Of a stretch of 37,791 bases of DNA, positions 1 to 11,467 are shown piece by piece. Position 1 is the first letter of the stretch. Each line of letters begins with the position of its first letter. Origin of the DNA: Jimgerdemannia flammicorona (lineage: Eukaryota); assembly GCA_003990765.1 (NCBI GenBank), contig RBNJ01000177.1:1-37791 (forward strand), given 5' to 3'. The notes beneath the pieces are model-generated. The model did no database searches and was not told the origin of the DNA. It saw only the letters and a program-made list of their open reading frames with translations. Both the position numbers and the translations under genes were made by a program.

Positions 1-512
1 TAGCTCTTGAGGGCTGGCCTGTGGGAACTCCTGGCAGAGGAGGTTTCCTATTTCATACTCCTGCCACATTTGGAGGCATTCGGTGGCAATGGTGATCCTT
101 GTTTCTATTTCACGGCAGTAGAGGATAAAGTGATAAGGGTCTGCAGTACCCAGGTTGATGCTAGGAGTCCTTCTTGAGTGGGTCCTCATGGCTCTTCTGA
201 TGTCTTGAAACATCCTTTCCTCGACCGAGATACCTTGATGATTCCTTGACCTTGAGGTTTGGCGGGCAGCAGGCATTTTGTTTGTGGTAAGTCTTTGAGC
301 TATTTTGGGATTGGGGTTCTTGTTAGTTGCTGCTACTGCAGTTCCTTGATCCTTCTTTTATATTCTTCATCATGCTTGTGCTGTGGTCACAATGACTCAC
401 AGTTGGTCATCGTTGCTCATCTCACATGCTGTATGATCTTCTTGTACTCTGATCTGGTGGCTTGTAAAGAAAGGCTGTCTCCTATGCTGATGTCATCATT
501 CTGGGGTCACCA
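1..512 (-). pseudogene. Coding-like relic of a retroelement internal region adjacent to LTR-a; runs off the window start
   Basis: One minus frame reads ...NDDISIGDSLSLQATRSEYKKIIQHVR*...EERMFQDIRRAMRTH...EIETRITIATECLQMWQEYEIGNLLCQEFPQ, broken only by TGA/TAG stops explicable as CGA/CAG transitions. TGGTGACCCCAG on the - strand at 501-512 resembles a tRNA-Trp primer-binding site. Confidence 0.45.
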
Positions 513-513
513 T

Positions 514-938
514 TACAATAACTAGAGAAATGTAGCAGATTTCTATAACTCTTCTTGACTCCTCAGAGTTATAAGTGATATCTGTCTGATTTTATTAAAC
601 TATCAGAATAAGGCTCAAACTCTTTTGACCTGAGGTTTATTCACTCTAGATATTGGAGATATTTATATATACAGATTTGTATACTAATTTAGCTACTAAA
701 TATAAGACTAAGTTATGACTATATTTTTTATAAGTTATTTTTTATAAGTATTAATTCTTAATATCTGTTAAATCTCAATATTTGTAAAAGTAATAATAGT
801 TTCACTAATAATATTTTAGATATAATATTTACAGTAAAGGTAATTTCTATACTATAATAAATCAAAAAATCAGATTCAGATATTGTGATCAAATGTCTAT
901 TTTCTGATTTATATTACTAATTCAGATCAACTATTATA
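514..938 (-). repeat. LTR-like repeat copy a
   Basis: Shares blocks with 2686-3164: CTGAGGTTTATTCACTYTAGATAYTGRAGATATTTATATA, CTAAGTTATGACTATATTT, TTCAGATAYTGTGATCAAATRTCTATT...GATCAACTATYAYA. Its ends (TA...TA) are consistent with mutated TG...CA. The left boundary is approximate. Confidence 0.65.
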
Positions 939-939
939 T

Positions 940-2650
940 TAGATAGGATATATTATAACTAAATATCTTAAGAAAATAAGTAAATCAGTCAGACTAGTTT
1001 TTGTATTATCTAAAGATATATATATCAATCTCATTATTAGTTAATCAGATCTTATGGTTGCTCCTCCAAACTTGATGGAAATATCTTGGATCTTTTCTAG
1101 AGATGTGACTTTTATGTCATCTGCTGTGATGAATACTAATTTGGTTACTTCTTCAATCTCCCAATCTAGGCAGTCTGCTGCTTTCTTACTAAGAAGGTAT
1201 TCTCTTGCTTTAGTATCAATGATGGCCTCAAAGATTCTATCTTTGATTTGATAGATTATATAAATAGATGTCTTGCAATTATCTTCACTCTCTTCTCCGG
1301 TGTCTTCTTGAATATTATTAGTCTCAGTTATCTTCTATTCTTATTTCTTGGTTGTCTCAGCAAATCCATATCTTATTTACTGTTTGAATGTAGGTATTTC
1401 TGTTAGCTAGTCAAATGTTGCATTGACCTTTTATTGACTGAGGTTCTTGAAGATATTATACTTAAAAGTCTTAGTCTTATAAAGCTTCTTTTTCTTTTCT
1501 CCTTTACTGGCTGAGGTAGTTCCTTAGATGATATCTTAGATAGTCTATTCTAACTCCATATCTTGATCTATTTCTTTAGCTTAACTTTCTATAGTACTCT
1601 TTATCTGTTTTTCTATAGAGTTCTTCTTAGGTCTCTCTGATGGTCTCTTATAGGATTACTTATAGACATTCTTCTTGACAGTCTCAGTGAGATAGGCTTC
1701 TCATTCTTCTTCATCTGATTATTTGATCTTCTCGAAGATAATAGTATTGGCCTATTTCTTATTTTAAGTGATATTGCTTGGCTGAGCTTTGTGCTTAGTC
1801 TTACTTATATATTTATATAAATAGTGGTCTTTTTCTCTACAAGTATAGCAGGTACATATATCTCTTCTTGTCTGAGATGGTAGCAAACTTCTAAACTGGG
1901 CAGCAGTCTCTTCTTCTAATTTCTTTTACCATATCTCCTAGATAGACTGTTATTTTGACAAACTTAGCAAGTTCCTTCATTAGGTCACTATTTCTCTGCT
2001 ACTTAGCAGCTCTTAGCTGAGGTATATTTCAATTGATCACTATGGTAGAGATTACACTAGTTGTCTTGAGTGCTTCAATTCTGACTTCAGTAACTATTTC
2101 TATTATATAGTCTTGTAGATGTCTGGCTATCTAGTATTACTGAGTATAGGTGATATTTTGTAGTAGGTCCAGAACTACTGGTGATGAGTGGATGACTATA
2201 GCTATCTCTGAGTAGACTTCTTTTATAAAGATTACTTTAGCTACTTAATCTCAGATAGCATCAATATAATCTGCAAGAATTATCTAATATTAGATTCTAG
2301 TATAGAATGTGTTTGAATTCTTACTTATTCCTTGATATGTTGTATTGAGCTGATCCTTTAATACTTACTTGATCTTATCTATATAATAGGTAGTTCAGAG
2401 TCAGATCTTCTATACTACTAGAATAGTATTATTATTATTTTCTGTATAAGTTATAGCTATATTGCTGTCAGAGTCCTTATAGTAGTATACTACTCAAAGT
2501 TATCAATAAATATAATAATTAATTCATCTGAGATATATATATCTGTAGAATACTGGTGATCTTGTACCCATCTTGTCTAGATGTCTTGATTTAATTTATA
2601 TGGTTATTTGAGTGGTAGTAATTATTTATTGTTTAGCTTAAAAGTGAGAG
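940..2650 (-). mobile_element. Ty3/gypsy-like gag-protease remnant (dead)
   Basis: Minus strand at ~1810-1856 reads CTCYTCREKDHYLYKY, a G>A-mutated CX2CX4HX4C zinc knuckle. At ~1045-1240 it reads RIFEAIIDTKARE...LLSKKAADCLDW...FITADD...IKFGGATI, a retropepsin with AIIDT(G>K)A. Many stops. Confidence 0.8.
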
Positions 2651-2685
2651 ATTCATCTTAAATCACTAGCTAATAGATATTAAGT

Positions 2686-3164
2686 TGTAATATAGTAGAT
2701 ATATAATTATATAAGTATGTCAGATTTCTATATTTTGAAAACTTGATCTTCTTTGACTCTGCAGAGTCCTCAAAATATAGGAGTGAGTGAGTTTGAAGTA
2801 TATCTGCTTATAGGCTTACTAGTTCCTTTACTTTTTCTTTACTTTGAACTATTTCAATCTGAGGTTTATTCACTTTAGATACTGAAGATATTTATATAAG
2901 TTAGCTAACTATAAGATAGCTAAGTTATGACTATATTTCCTATAAGTCACTTTTCAATATCTACTAAATCTTTGATAATTACTAAAACTTTAATATCTAT
3001 AAAGTTTTCAACATTTACTAAAACTTTAATATTTGCTAAAATAAATATTTGTAAAATATAACTACTATTTATAAGGCTATACTATATTTAGAAATCATAT
3101 TCAGATACTGTGATCAAATATCTATTCTTCTAATTCATATTTTTAATTTGGATCAACTATCACA
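2686..3164 (-). repeat. LTR-like repeat copy b (5' LTR of the gag-protease relic)
   Basis: Begins TG (2686), ends CA (3163-3164), is homologous to 514-938, and lies immediately upstream of the gag relic on the - strand. Confidence 0.65.
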
Positions 3165-3559
3165 TTATTTAAAATAATATAAATATATATATCTAGTATA
3201 CTATATTTAATTATAGTCTTAAATATATATAAATACATACTCTCTATATTGAGTATATTATAATCTTAGCTCTACTTTCCTCTTTCAAAAATAAACCAGT
3301 ATTCTTACCTAAGAATCTCTAGACCCAACTTATTAATGATTCTGAGTCTGATCAATTTGAGATATAAGTATAATATTTTTTTAGTACTCTACTTAAAGTA
3401 ATATTTAAATAAGATCTATATTATAAGTACTTTAGAACTTAGTACTTTCTCAAGAACTTAGAACTTAGGACTAATAGTTCATTAATTATCTGTAATATAT
3501 TAATTTTATTAGTATATAGTTTTATTTTATTTTATTTTTTTTACAGACTCAGAGTTCTG

Positions 3560-4700
3560 CAGATTTTTATTGAAAGAAAATCTAGACTATATAGGCCAAA
3601 ACTCTCTCTTACTACTTATTGAGTACTGTTCTCTTATTAAACCTAGACTAGTTATTGTCTAGCAGCTTAACTATATCAGATATAATAGGATTTAATATAG
3701 TTTATACTTTATTCTACATACTATACTCTTCTTACTATGTATCAGGGAAAGCTCAGCTATATATTAATGACTGAAAGTATATATCTGAAACTCCAACATA
3801 TATACAAGACTATGTCTGAGCCAAATAAAATAGTCTCTACTATTCTAAGTAGAATAATAGATAAAGAAAAAACTCTTCTCAAAGTACAGAATAGTGAGTA
3901 GAGTCTGATTCTTTCAAGTAAGATAAGAGGAGACCTCTAATATCCCACTACTCAAGTCTATAGACCTCAATTATATTGCCATATCAGCTCTTAGTTCTAG
4001 TTAAGTATAGTCAAGATATCTAACCTAGATAGCCTTGAGCCCTTTAGTCATTCTCAATGACTGGGGCCTAACTTTATGAATCACCAAAAGTAGCCAAAAG
4101 TAATATCTACTATCTAACTACTCTGTACCAATTAAAAGATCCCACTGAAGTAGTACTTATCTTAGTCCTGATGATCACCCCCAGCCTGATACTCTACTAG
4201 TCTATCATTATCACTCTTCTTTCTATCTATAATAGTCATCTCTTCTCTCAACTCAACTCTATCTGAAAAGCAGTCACCTATACCAAAACTATACTTGCTG
4301 GAAAGCTTGCTAAAGCTTAGAGAGCCCTACTATAGGTACTGAGGACCTATAGGTAATCTATATTAGTACTTAATATCTAAGGTTAGCTGACTCTATATAT
4401 AGCCTATAATATATCAGATAATATCTTGTTAATGATGGTAAAAGAAAGAAGATATTACACTAAAACAAGTATACTCCAGATATAGCTGAAGGTACTAGAA
4501 CTATGAAAAAGTAGAGAAGACACCAATCTGATACCAATAAAGAGGCAACTTAATATTATTATCTCTCTCCTACTATATCCATATAGGTATAACAAACCAA
4601 CCTAGGGTAAAGAAAGTAATAATAGGGGAAAGTAGACTCAGAAGGTTATCTACTAAACCTTATAACTGGTAAGATAGCAGAGAAAGAAGTAATATATAGT
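3560..4700. mobile_element. Further hypermutated repeat relic, family not identified
   Basis: Same CpG-free, TAG/CTA-rich composition with residual coding-like texture; no diagnostic motif recognised. Confidence 0.4.
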
Positions 4701-6546
4701 TTTATTACAATATTAATCTGTTTTACAATTTTATATATTATTATATTAGAATTCAGTATATTGATACTTATTTAAGAAGAGTTTCTTTATACTTTTTTTA
4801 AAGAGAATAAATTATACAGAGAGACAAAAAAATATTCAAAGAACCACTATATAATATTTGAGATATATATGTCAATTATATCTTAGTGTCTATTAACAAT
4901 GATATTACAAAACAGAACTAATAAATTTTTTTTTTTTGGAATTTTTTTTTAAGGTGAAATAAAATAAATTTAATATCTTTGAATACCTCTGATATAGAGC
5001 TGCAATATATTATAAATAATTTATTTATTTATTTGTAGCATTTATATTTAAAATAATTAAAATGTAAAATTTAATAAAATATTGGTTCAGTTTTGGAACA
5101 TACTGTTCGTATCACATGGGATTTTGACAATGCAACGAGAGAAAAAGTATTAATAACATAGAATAAATGCGTTCACCTACGTAAAACAATATCGTAGTTC
5201 CCCATCTCGAGGCATCGCAGAATCCCTTATTGAGCTTCGTGTCAACGGTGCCAAGCCAGCAACACACCAGGTGTAGTTGACCTATAATAAGTTTATAGTT
5301 TCCACCTATCGTACCCCAGCACCCGAATCTATGCAGCATACAAGTTGTATAAGCCGAGGCATGGAGAATTCGGAATACGTTTTTGCATCACGGTAGGTAA
5401 ACAAACCTCTTGTTCACAGCCACGCGGTCCCTGGACTAGTCAAATCACCATTGTTATCGATGCTTGGATACTTGGAAAGGTCGAGATATAGATATGGCAG
5501 AAATGAGTCGGAGATGGGAGGCATTTTTCTTTTTTTGGGAGAATGAGTGTTTGAAAGCGCATGAGTGTAAGAAATAGTTGATGTCATTAACTGACTCTGA
5601 TGACATATCATGACGATTCAGCTATATCTAATAAGGTAGATCTTGAACGGAAACGAGTGAAGTAGGATGCACACAGCACCTACACAAACGAATGCAAAAA
5701 AAAAACTCACCTGACAAAGCATATAGGACCTTAAACTCCTACCCTACGAAGGCCATTTTAGGATGCTCCCTAGGTTCTACCCTACGGAACCTGTATTACG
5801 AATGTGCCTCCCTATGATGTACCCTCGCACTCGCATATTTTGACCGGTTTCGAGCCTGTCTTTGGTTGCGACGAGCCCCTTGAGCAAGGGTGAAACAGGG
5901 TATTGCGGCGCTTCGTGAATCTGGTTGCCCGATATTATGTTGATTCCTGAAGCCCGCCGCACTTGGCAAAACCATTAAGCGTGCTACGGAGAGACCGATT
6001 TTCATGGTTGTTCTGGTTTCCGAACTCGGGGTCCATACAAGGAAAAAAATACTATCCATCCTTGTTTACAGCAGGCCCTTGTACACTTCCCCGAAAAGTC
6101 AATTGCATGTGACAGCACGATCACCATACCTAGGGAACCTAACCATTTCTATTCTATTGTCGCATATTATCCTGGTTTTCCAGCCCATTTGTAGGAAGGC
6201 ACGCAGAAAATCGTGGCGCATACGAGGTTTGAACCCGGAACTTGAATAGGCCTTGCAACTTATCATAGCTACAGAGCAAATGCCACACCCGTAAACAGTA
6301 CACACCATCAGTCGAAACCCAGGTCCACACGCCATCATAAAATAACCGTCCCATGAAGCGTCATTGGCGAGATGATCCATGGATAAACGGGGTTTATATA
6401 TTTTTAAGCACATTAGTGGGGCACGAGGGAGATAAAACTATACGAAGAAGTCCTAGTGATGGGAATTGGATGTTCGAGGTAAATATAGGCTACGAATAGT
6501 CGAAGGCATGCTCTATCCGTCCGGGAAGCAGCACAGCCTCGGCTGT

Positions 6547-8262
6547 TTAAACAATGTTGTCGACGCCGGTGCCGCCGGTCCATCGGCTGGAGGCGTGGGG
6601 TTGTTTCTTGAGAGCCGCAATGCCTACGAGAATTGGATGGGAAAGGAATGTCAAGATAGCAAGTGTTGTACAATGACAAAAGTAGTTCGCCGGAACGAGG
6701 TCACCATTGGGGCACCGGTATTGCCACTTTTCAAATCGCCCAAGTCCCAAACGGCCCCCATATCAATCTTGGTCCCTCCCATCCTTGACGGCCTCGAAGA
6801 GTTCCGTGCACTTACCGTAGAAGATGGAACCGATGAGAAGGGTGACGGCGGCGACGATCAGCGTCGATGTGTTGATGAGATTGGACAGGAACATCACCAG
6901 GGAGAAGCTGTGAGTAGGAAATCATTCATAAGGACCGTTTAATGACGATAAAGAGTCAAATATATCGACGGTGACGTCCAACACACAAGTACTTACACAA
7001 AGTACCCGACGGCGCGGAGGATCGCGTTCTCGAATTTGGAGATGAACGCGTCGCTGTGGGCGCAGAAATTAGCTTGGGCATGAGCTTTCGAGGTCGCGAT
7101 GGGCCGAAACGAAATGAAATTCATAAGGAAACTCACAATTTAGGGCTCGTCGGGCAGAATTTTATACACAGCGGCAGCTCCACGAAAACCAGAATGAAGG
7201 CGATGACCCTGTGAGAATCAACAATCGGACGGGGGTGGTAGAAGACGAAAACGTTAATATCCTACATACACCATTTCAGTACGAAAAACCACTGGTACTT
7301 CCCTTTTTTTTTTTACTCTCCCACACATGAAACCCAAGCTCCAAATGACACTGCGCTTACCATCCAACAATCGAGAAGATGGGGTTATGAAGAAGGTTGA
7401 GAACACCAAAAACGATGAGGACTGTTAAATAAGAACGTTGTCCATGAGAGGGAATAAATCGTTAGTTTCTCAATCTTGTACAAAAATAAGTTTCATATTG
7501 GGAGAGGTACCAACACCACTCAAATCAAACAGGGTAAAAAGTACGACGGAGCGTAAAAAGTTCTGAAAAATCATGAAAATCAGGAAACTTACAGATAATA
7601 GAGATAAGACCAGCCCTAAAGGTCGTGCGAGGAAAAAACGCAGGGAAAGGGATTGTACGTTAGACGCATATTCGAGAAGCCACGTGATTTCGAACGTTTT
7701 GGGAAAACTATGTTGGCCTTTTAGTAGTAACCTCGAGGTCATTGGTGGAAACAAGCGCTTCGTTCCTTTGCTCTCCGTACACCTGTGACCAGCGCTCGGA
7801 CGCTGCCCCTCCAATCCGCATTCCGCCTCCCTATGTCTTTTCGTCACCGCATGTCCCTAGGACGCGTCTGCCAGACGCTCTCGACCGCGACGGTAGCACA
7901 AAGCATATAATTGCATCAACGGATAGCTTGGCGGATGCTTCATTGCGGGTGGAGAGCTGCGGTCAACCTGAACACAGTGGCGGTGGCAGCCAAGGCGAGG
8001 AACGCTTCGAATTGCAAACTTTTGCCGACAAAACCAAGTCCTTAAAGGGCTCCCCCATTTGTCGCAAGGAAATGGCGCTACCCCGAGGAGAACAACGCTG
8101 TCCGAGCAAACCTTTTACGACAGAACCTCGTCTTGTCTAGTTGCCAAGTCTTCCGCAGCACACGTTTGAACTTTCCTCTGATCCCTTTCAAGCGCCAACG
8201 CCTACGTACCATTGCCCGTAGAGGGAGAAATTCCTTGAAGTGAATTCGTCGAGGATGCCCAT
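6547..8262 (-). CDS. TVP18: Golgi membrane protein Tvp18 / Flower-like family, 7 exons
   Basis: Spliced reading: MGILDEFTSRNFSLYGQW (8210-8262) | AGLISII (7593-7615) | FLIVFGVLNLLHNPIFSIVGW | VIAFILVFVELPLCIKFCPTSPKF | DAFISKFENAILRAVGYF | FSLVMFLSNLINTSTLIVAAVTLLIGSIFYG | IAALKKQPHASSRWTGGTGVDNIV* (6547-6623). All introns are GT-AG. SRNFSxYGQW and CPTSPKFD are Tvp18 hallmarks. Confidence 0.92.
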
Positions 8263-10831
8263 ACTTGTTGTTAGGTTTGTTGTTGGTTTTTCGTTGGTGG
8301 GAGGAAGGGGTATGCGGATTGTTGGTGTTCAGGAGCAAAAAGCACGAAGCTCCATAAATCAACGGCAAAGGTGTGACCATCACGGGAGACGGCTTGGCTG
8401 TGACGGACAGCTGCGGCTCCCATTGGCCGGCTGCGACTTAGGGCACTAGACGCTTCCTATTCTTTGTCGCATATGACACATGTCGCTATACATGAAACAT
8501 CTTTTCTCTTGGCTTCTAAATATACACATATGTTTGTCGACTTGGCTAGAAACCCTGAAAATCTATTTCAAAGCATGACTGGGCCACCTCGGTTCTCGGG
8601 CAATTCTACTGCCGAGCCCCGTGGTTTTTCCAAAAATGTTTTGCCGAAAAGGCATGAGCCGATGTCATCGTGTTAAGCAGTCTAAAATAATAATATTAAT
8701 AACAAGGGATGACGTGAACAAACGCGAAAGTAAGGAATGTGGTTTATATATGATACAGTCGTCGGAACGATAGCCGGGATGTAAGCTATTGATTGTGAGC
8801 CCCTGTATTGACATCAGGCTTTCCCCTTGTGTCATTGCCTCGTTATCCTTTTGTTCCATGTACGAATGGAAGGCTTGGCGGAATCCCTCACTGTTGGAAT
8901 CGTCCAGACATTGCGTCAGAAAAATGAACTATTATTCTGAGTTGTACGTTTGAAGGTAGCCTTGGGTTTCTCAGTATTTCTTGGAACGATTTGATAATTT
9001 CGTGTGGAAATAAATACTTAGTCCCTTTTCTTGTGTTCATTTCCTTTTTATTGCATGCTCGGCGTCCCGTAGAGAGATATAAATGAAAGAAAGTACGTCA
9101 ACATTGGAAATACAGTTGCGCGATTGCCAAGGTATCGCAGTTCTTGCTCGAGGGGCACGGCTTCTAGAACTATATACCAAAATCAACTGGTCAAAAGGTT
9201 ATGGTGAATCCAAAATAGTCCTGGAAGAAAAGAGAATAAAGGAATAGTACTCAGCTTTTCAGCCTTGTATCTGTTATTAGCTCGTGAGCTTTTGCCTGTT
9301 CGCTCATTCTTCACATTCTGGCTGCCCAGGATGGTATCTGAACACCTTTTTTTTTTTTTTTTAGCCAGTTTCCCGCCAACCATGATTGCCAAGCTCTCTA
9401 CGCAGTGATTTGCATACTCGCTTGGCAAAAATTAACCCTGACCTCACCTTTCGAAGGCTCCCAAAGTGCAGTGCGAGAAATACGAAAAATAAATGAACAA
9501 ACGACTTACCCGTGTACGATCCAAGGATCGACAAAAAACGAGATTATACGACAAACCTTTATCAGCGGTCTACAAATCCCAATCGTTCATTACACCCTCG
9601 TTTTCCATCCACACCGCCGCCTGACATTTCTTCCGTCAAGCAGTTATCTTGGCAGCGAAAGCGCAATTTCATACCGATAGTAGCTTCTTACTCATTCATC
9701 TTTCTCAAGACGATGGTGCGCGTAATCGTCTACACGAAACGCTTCCGTGAGAGACGACGACCAAAACGATAGATCACGCAATGCACGCAAAAATATTGCC
9801 CTCCCTCTTTAGAAATGTCTGACAGCGCCCCCGGGCACGCCACCAAACTTACATTCGCGATATGCCATCCCAATCCAGCCGTTCCTTGTTTTTCAAGGTG
9901 CAGACGAAAATGCTTCGGAGCTGTTAGCTTTTATCCGAGTACTGATTGACCTCCTTGGCAGATTGGCGACATTCGCTCGTTTGGAATGAAAGTCACGATT
10001 TGCGACGTCACAGTCTCTCTTTGTTCTCTTTGTTAAACCAAAGCGCGGGATTGGCTTTGTACGAGTTGATGCCACCGCCCGCGATGCCCGTACACGCCGC
10101 ACACGAGCAATCTCGTCCTTCCCAGTTCCCGATCCGTCACGCGCGAATCGCTCCGCCCCTTGCGTCGGTAGTTATGTCACTGCCTATCGGGATGACGAGA
10201 CCAACCAACCATCCCCACCGTGGAGCGCCTGGTAAATTGATCATTCCTATATCCACTCCCTCCTCCCGCGACGCCGCGTTGTACTCCCGAAGGGTAGCCA
10301 CAAGTTTCACTATCGTTTTAGATTTTCGAGCGATGTGTGTTTCGCTAATATTTATTTATTATTATTTTTTTTTTTGGGGGGGGGGGAGGTGGTTAAAAAA
10401 GAAGGATTGAACTATACATGAGGGTCTCTTAAAGGGGAGGCAGACCAAAACAATTATTTCGATACATGAAGTAATAATGACATACAGAGAAATGTATCAG
10501 TATACTAGTGCCAATAGAAGAAAGGCTAAGACAAATACGGAGGTGATGTTGCATCATTTTTTTTTACCAAGAAGTCGAAGAGACATAAATTTCGTACACG
10601 AAAGGGCAAAATGCTTAAGGCTAAATTACACTCGAATACATATATTCCGAGATTATTCCTGGGCGAGCTGAAGGCGATCATACGGCCGGGAAGAATAATG
10701 AAAAATAAATCAATAACGTAAAGGGTTCGCGATTGAATGCATTACTAAAACTAGAAATTATATTTATATATATTTTTTTGGCCAGCTTTTGGGGGAGAAG
10801 GGGGGGGGCGTTGTAGGGGTGCAATCACCTT

Positions 10832-11467
10832 TCAAAACGAGGAGAGAATGTTGGTAACGAGCTCGTTGTAGTTGGACATCCAGTTCTGTCTCTTTTGGGA
10901 GGGCGACGGCGGTTTGCTAAGTATGGTTGTCTGCCCGAACAGGTCCCCGTTGTACCGCAACCCGAACACTCCGTTTCCCCCGAGCTGCGACGACGGTGTG
11001 GGGAGTTGCGGTAGAGTGCCGACCGTTGAGGAGCGGCGGGAGAAAGACAAGGTGGGGCACGAGGACATATTGGAAGAATTGTTGGAAGAGGTCGACGGAG
11101 CGCGCGAGCGGTGCGGGATCGAGTAGGTAGGAAGTGGGGAGTCGCCCGGCGGGGTCAGGGGCATCATGAAGTAGGACCCGAGACTAGGATCGTTGGCGGA
11201 ATAAGGACTCATGTTCGGTGAATGGGGGTGGAATGCCGGGTCCGTCAGATCTAAGCCTGAGTCTTCGGAGGAACAGTCTTGCAATCTACATTCCTCGCTG
11301 CAGTAGAGCTCACTCTGTTCATTGAAGAGAGCTTTAGAGATTCGTGTTCATACGAACGGGGTGGGGGGGGTTCACTTAAGGGATTTCGCTCCCCCTCTTC
11401 TGGACGGGCCGAGACCAACCTTGGTTCTCTGGGAACAAATGAGGCACCAGTCCAAGTCCACATCCAT
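10832..11467 (-). CDS. Ecl1-family (life-span regulatory factor) Cys4 zinc-binding protein, 2 exons, 176 aa
   Basis: Exon 1 (11420-11467) MDVDLDWCLICSQRTK joins in phase to exon 2 (10832-11314) SELYCSEECRLQD..., giving the WCxxC...LYCSxxCRxxD motif followed by a Ser/Pro-rich tail. Confidence 0.85.

Larger units (their letters stand above)
1..5090. mobile_element. Block of degenerate, hypermutated transposable-element relics (AT-rich, almost CpG-free, TpA-rich)
   Basis: Only a handful of CG dinucleotides occur in ~5 kb, against abundant CG from ~5107 onward. There are no long ORFs, but recognisable gag/protease motifs and LTR-like repeats lie inside, and the compositional boundary near 5090-5110 is sharp. 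Confidence 0.88.

Noticed and set aside
7616..8209. snoRNA in the long first intron of TVP18
   Set aside because: No C/D box pair or clear H/ACA structure seen on the sense strand.
9400..10410. Overlapping ORFs of 70-154 aa
   Set aside because: No recognisable domain or coherent exon chain; left uncalled.
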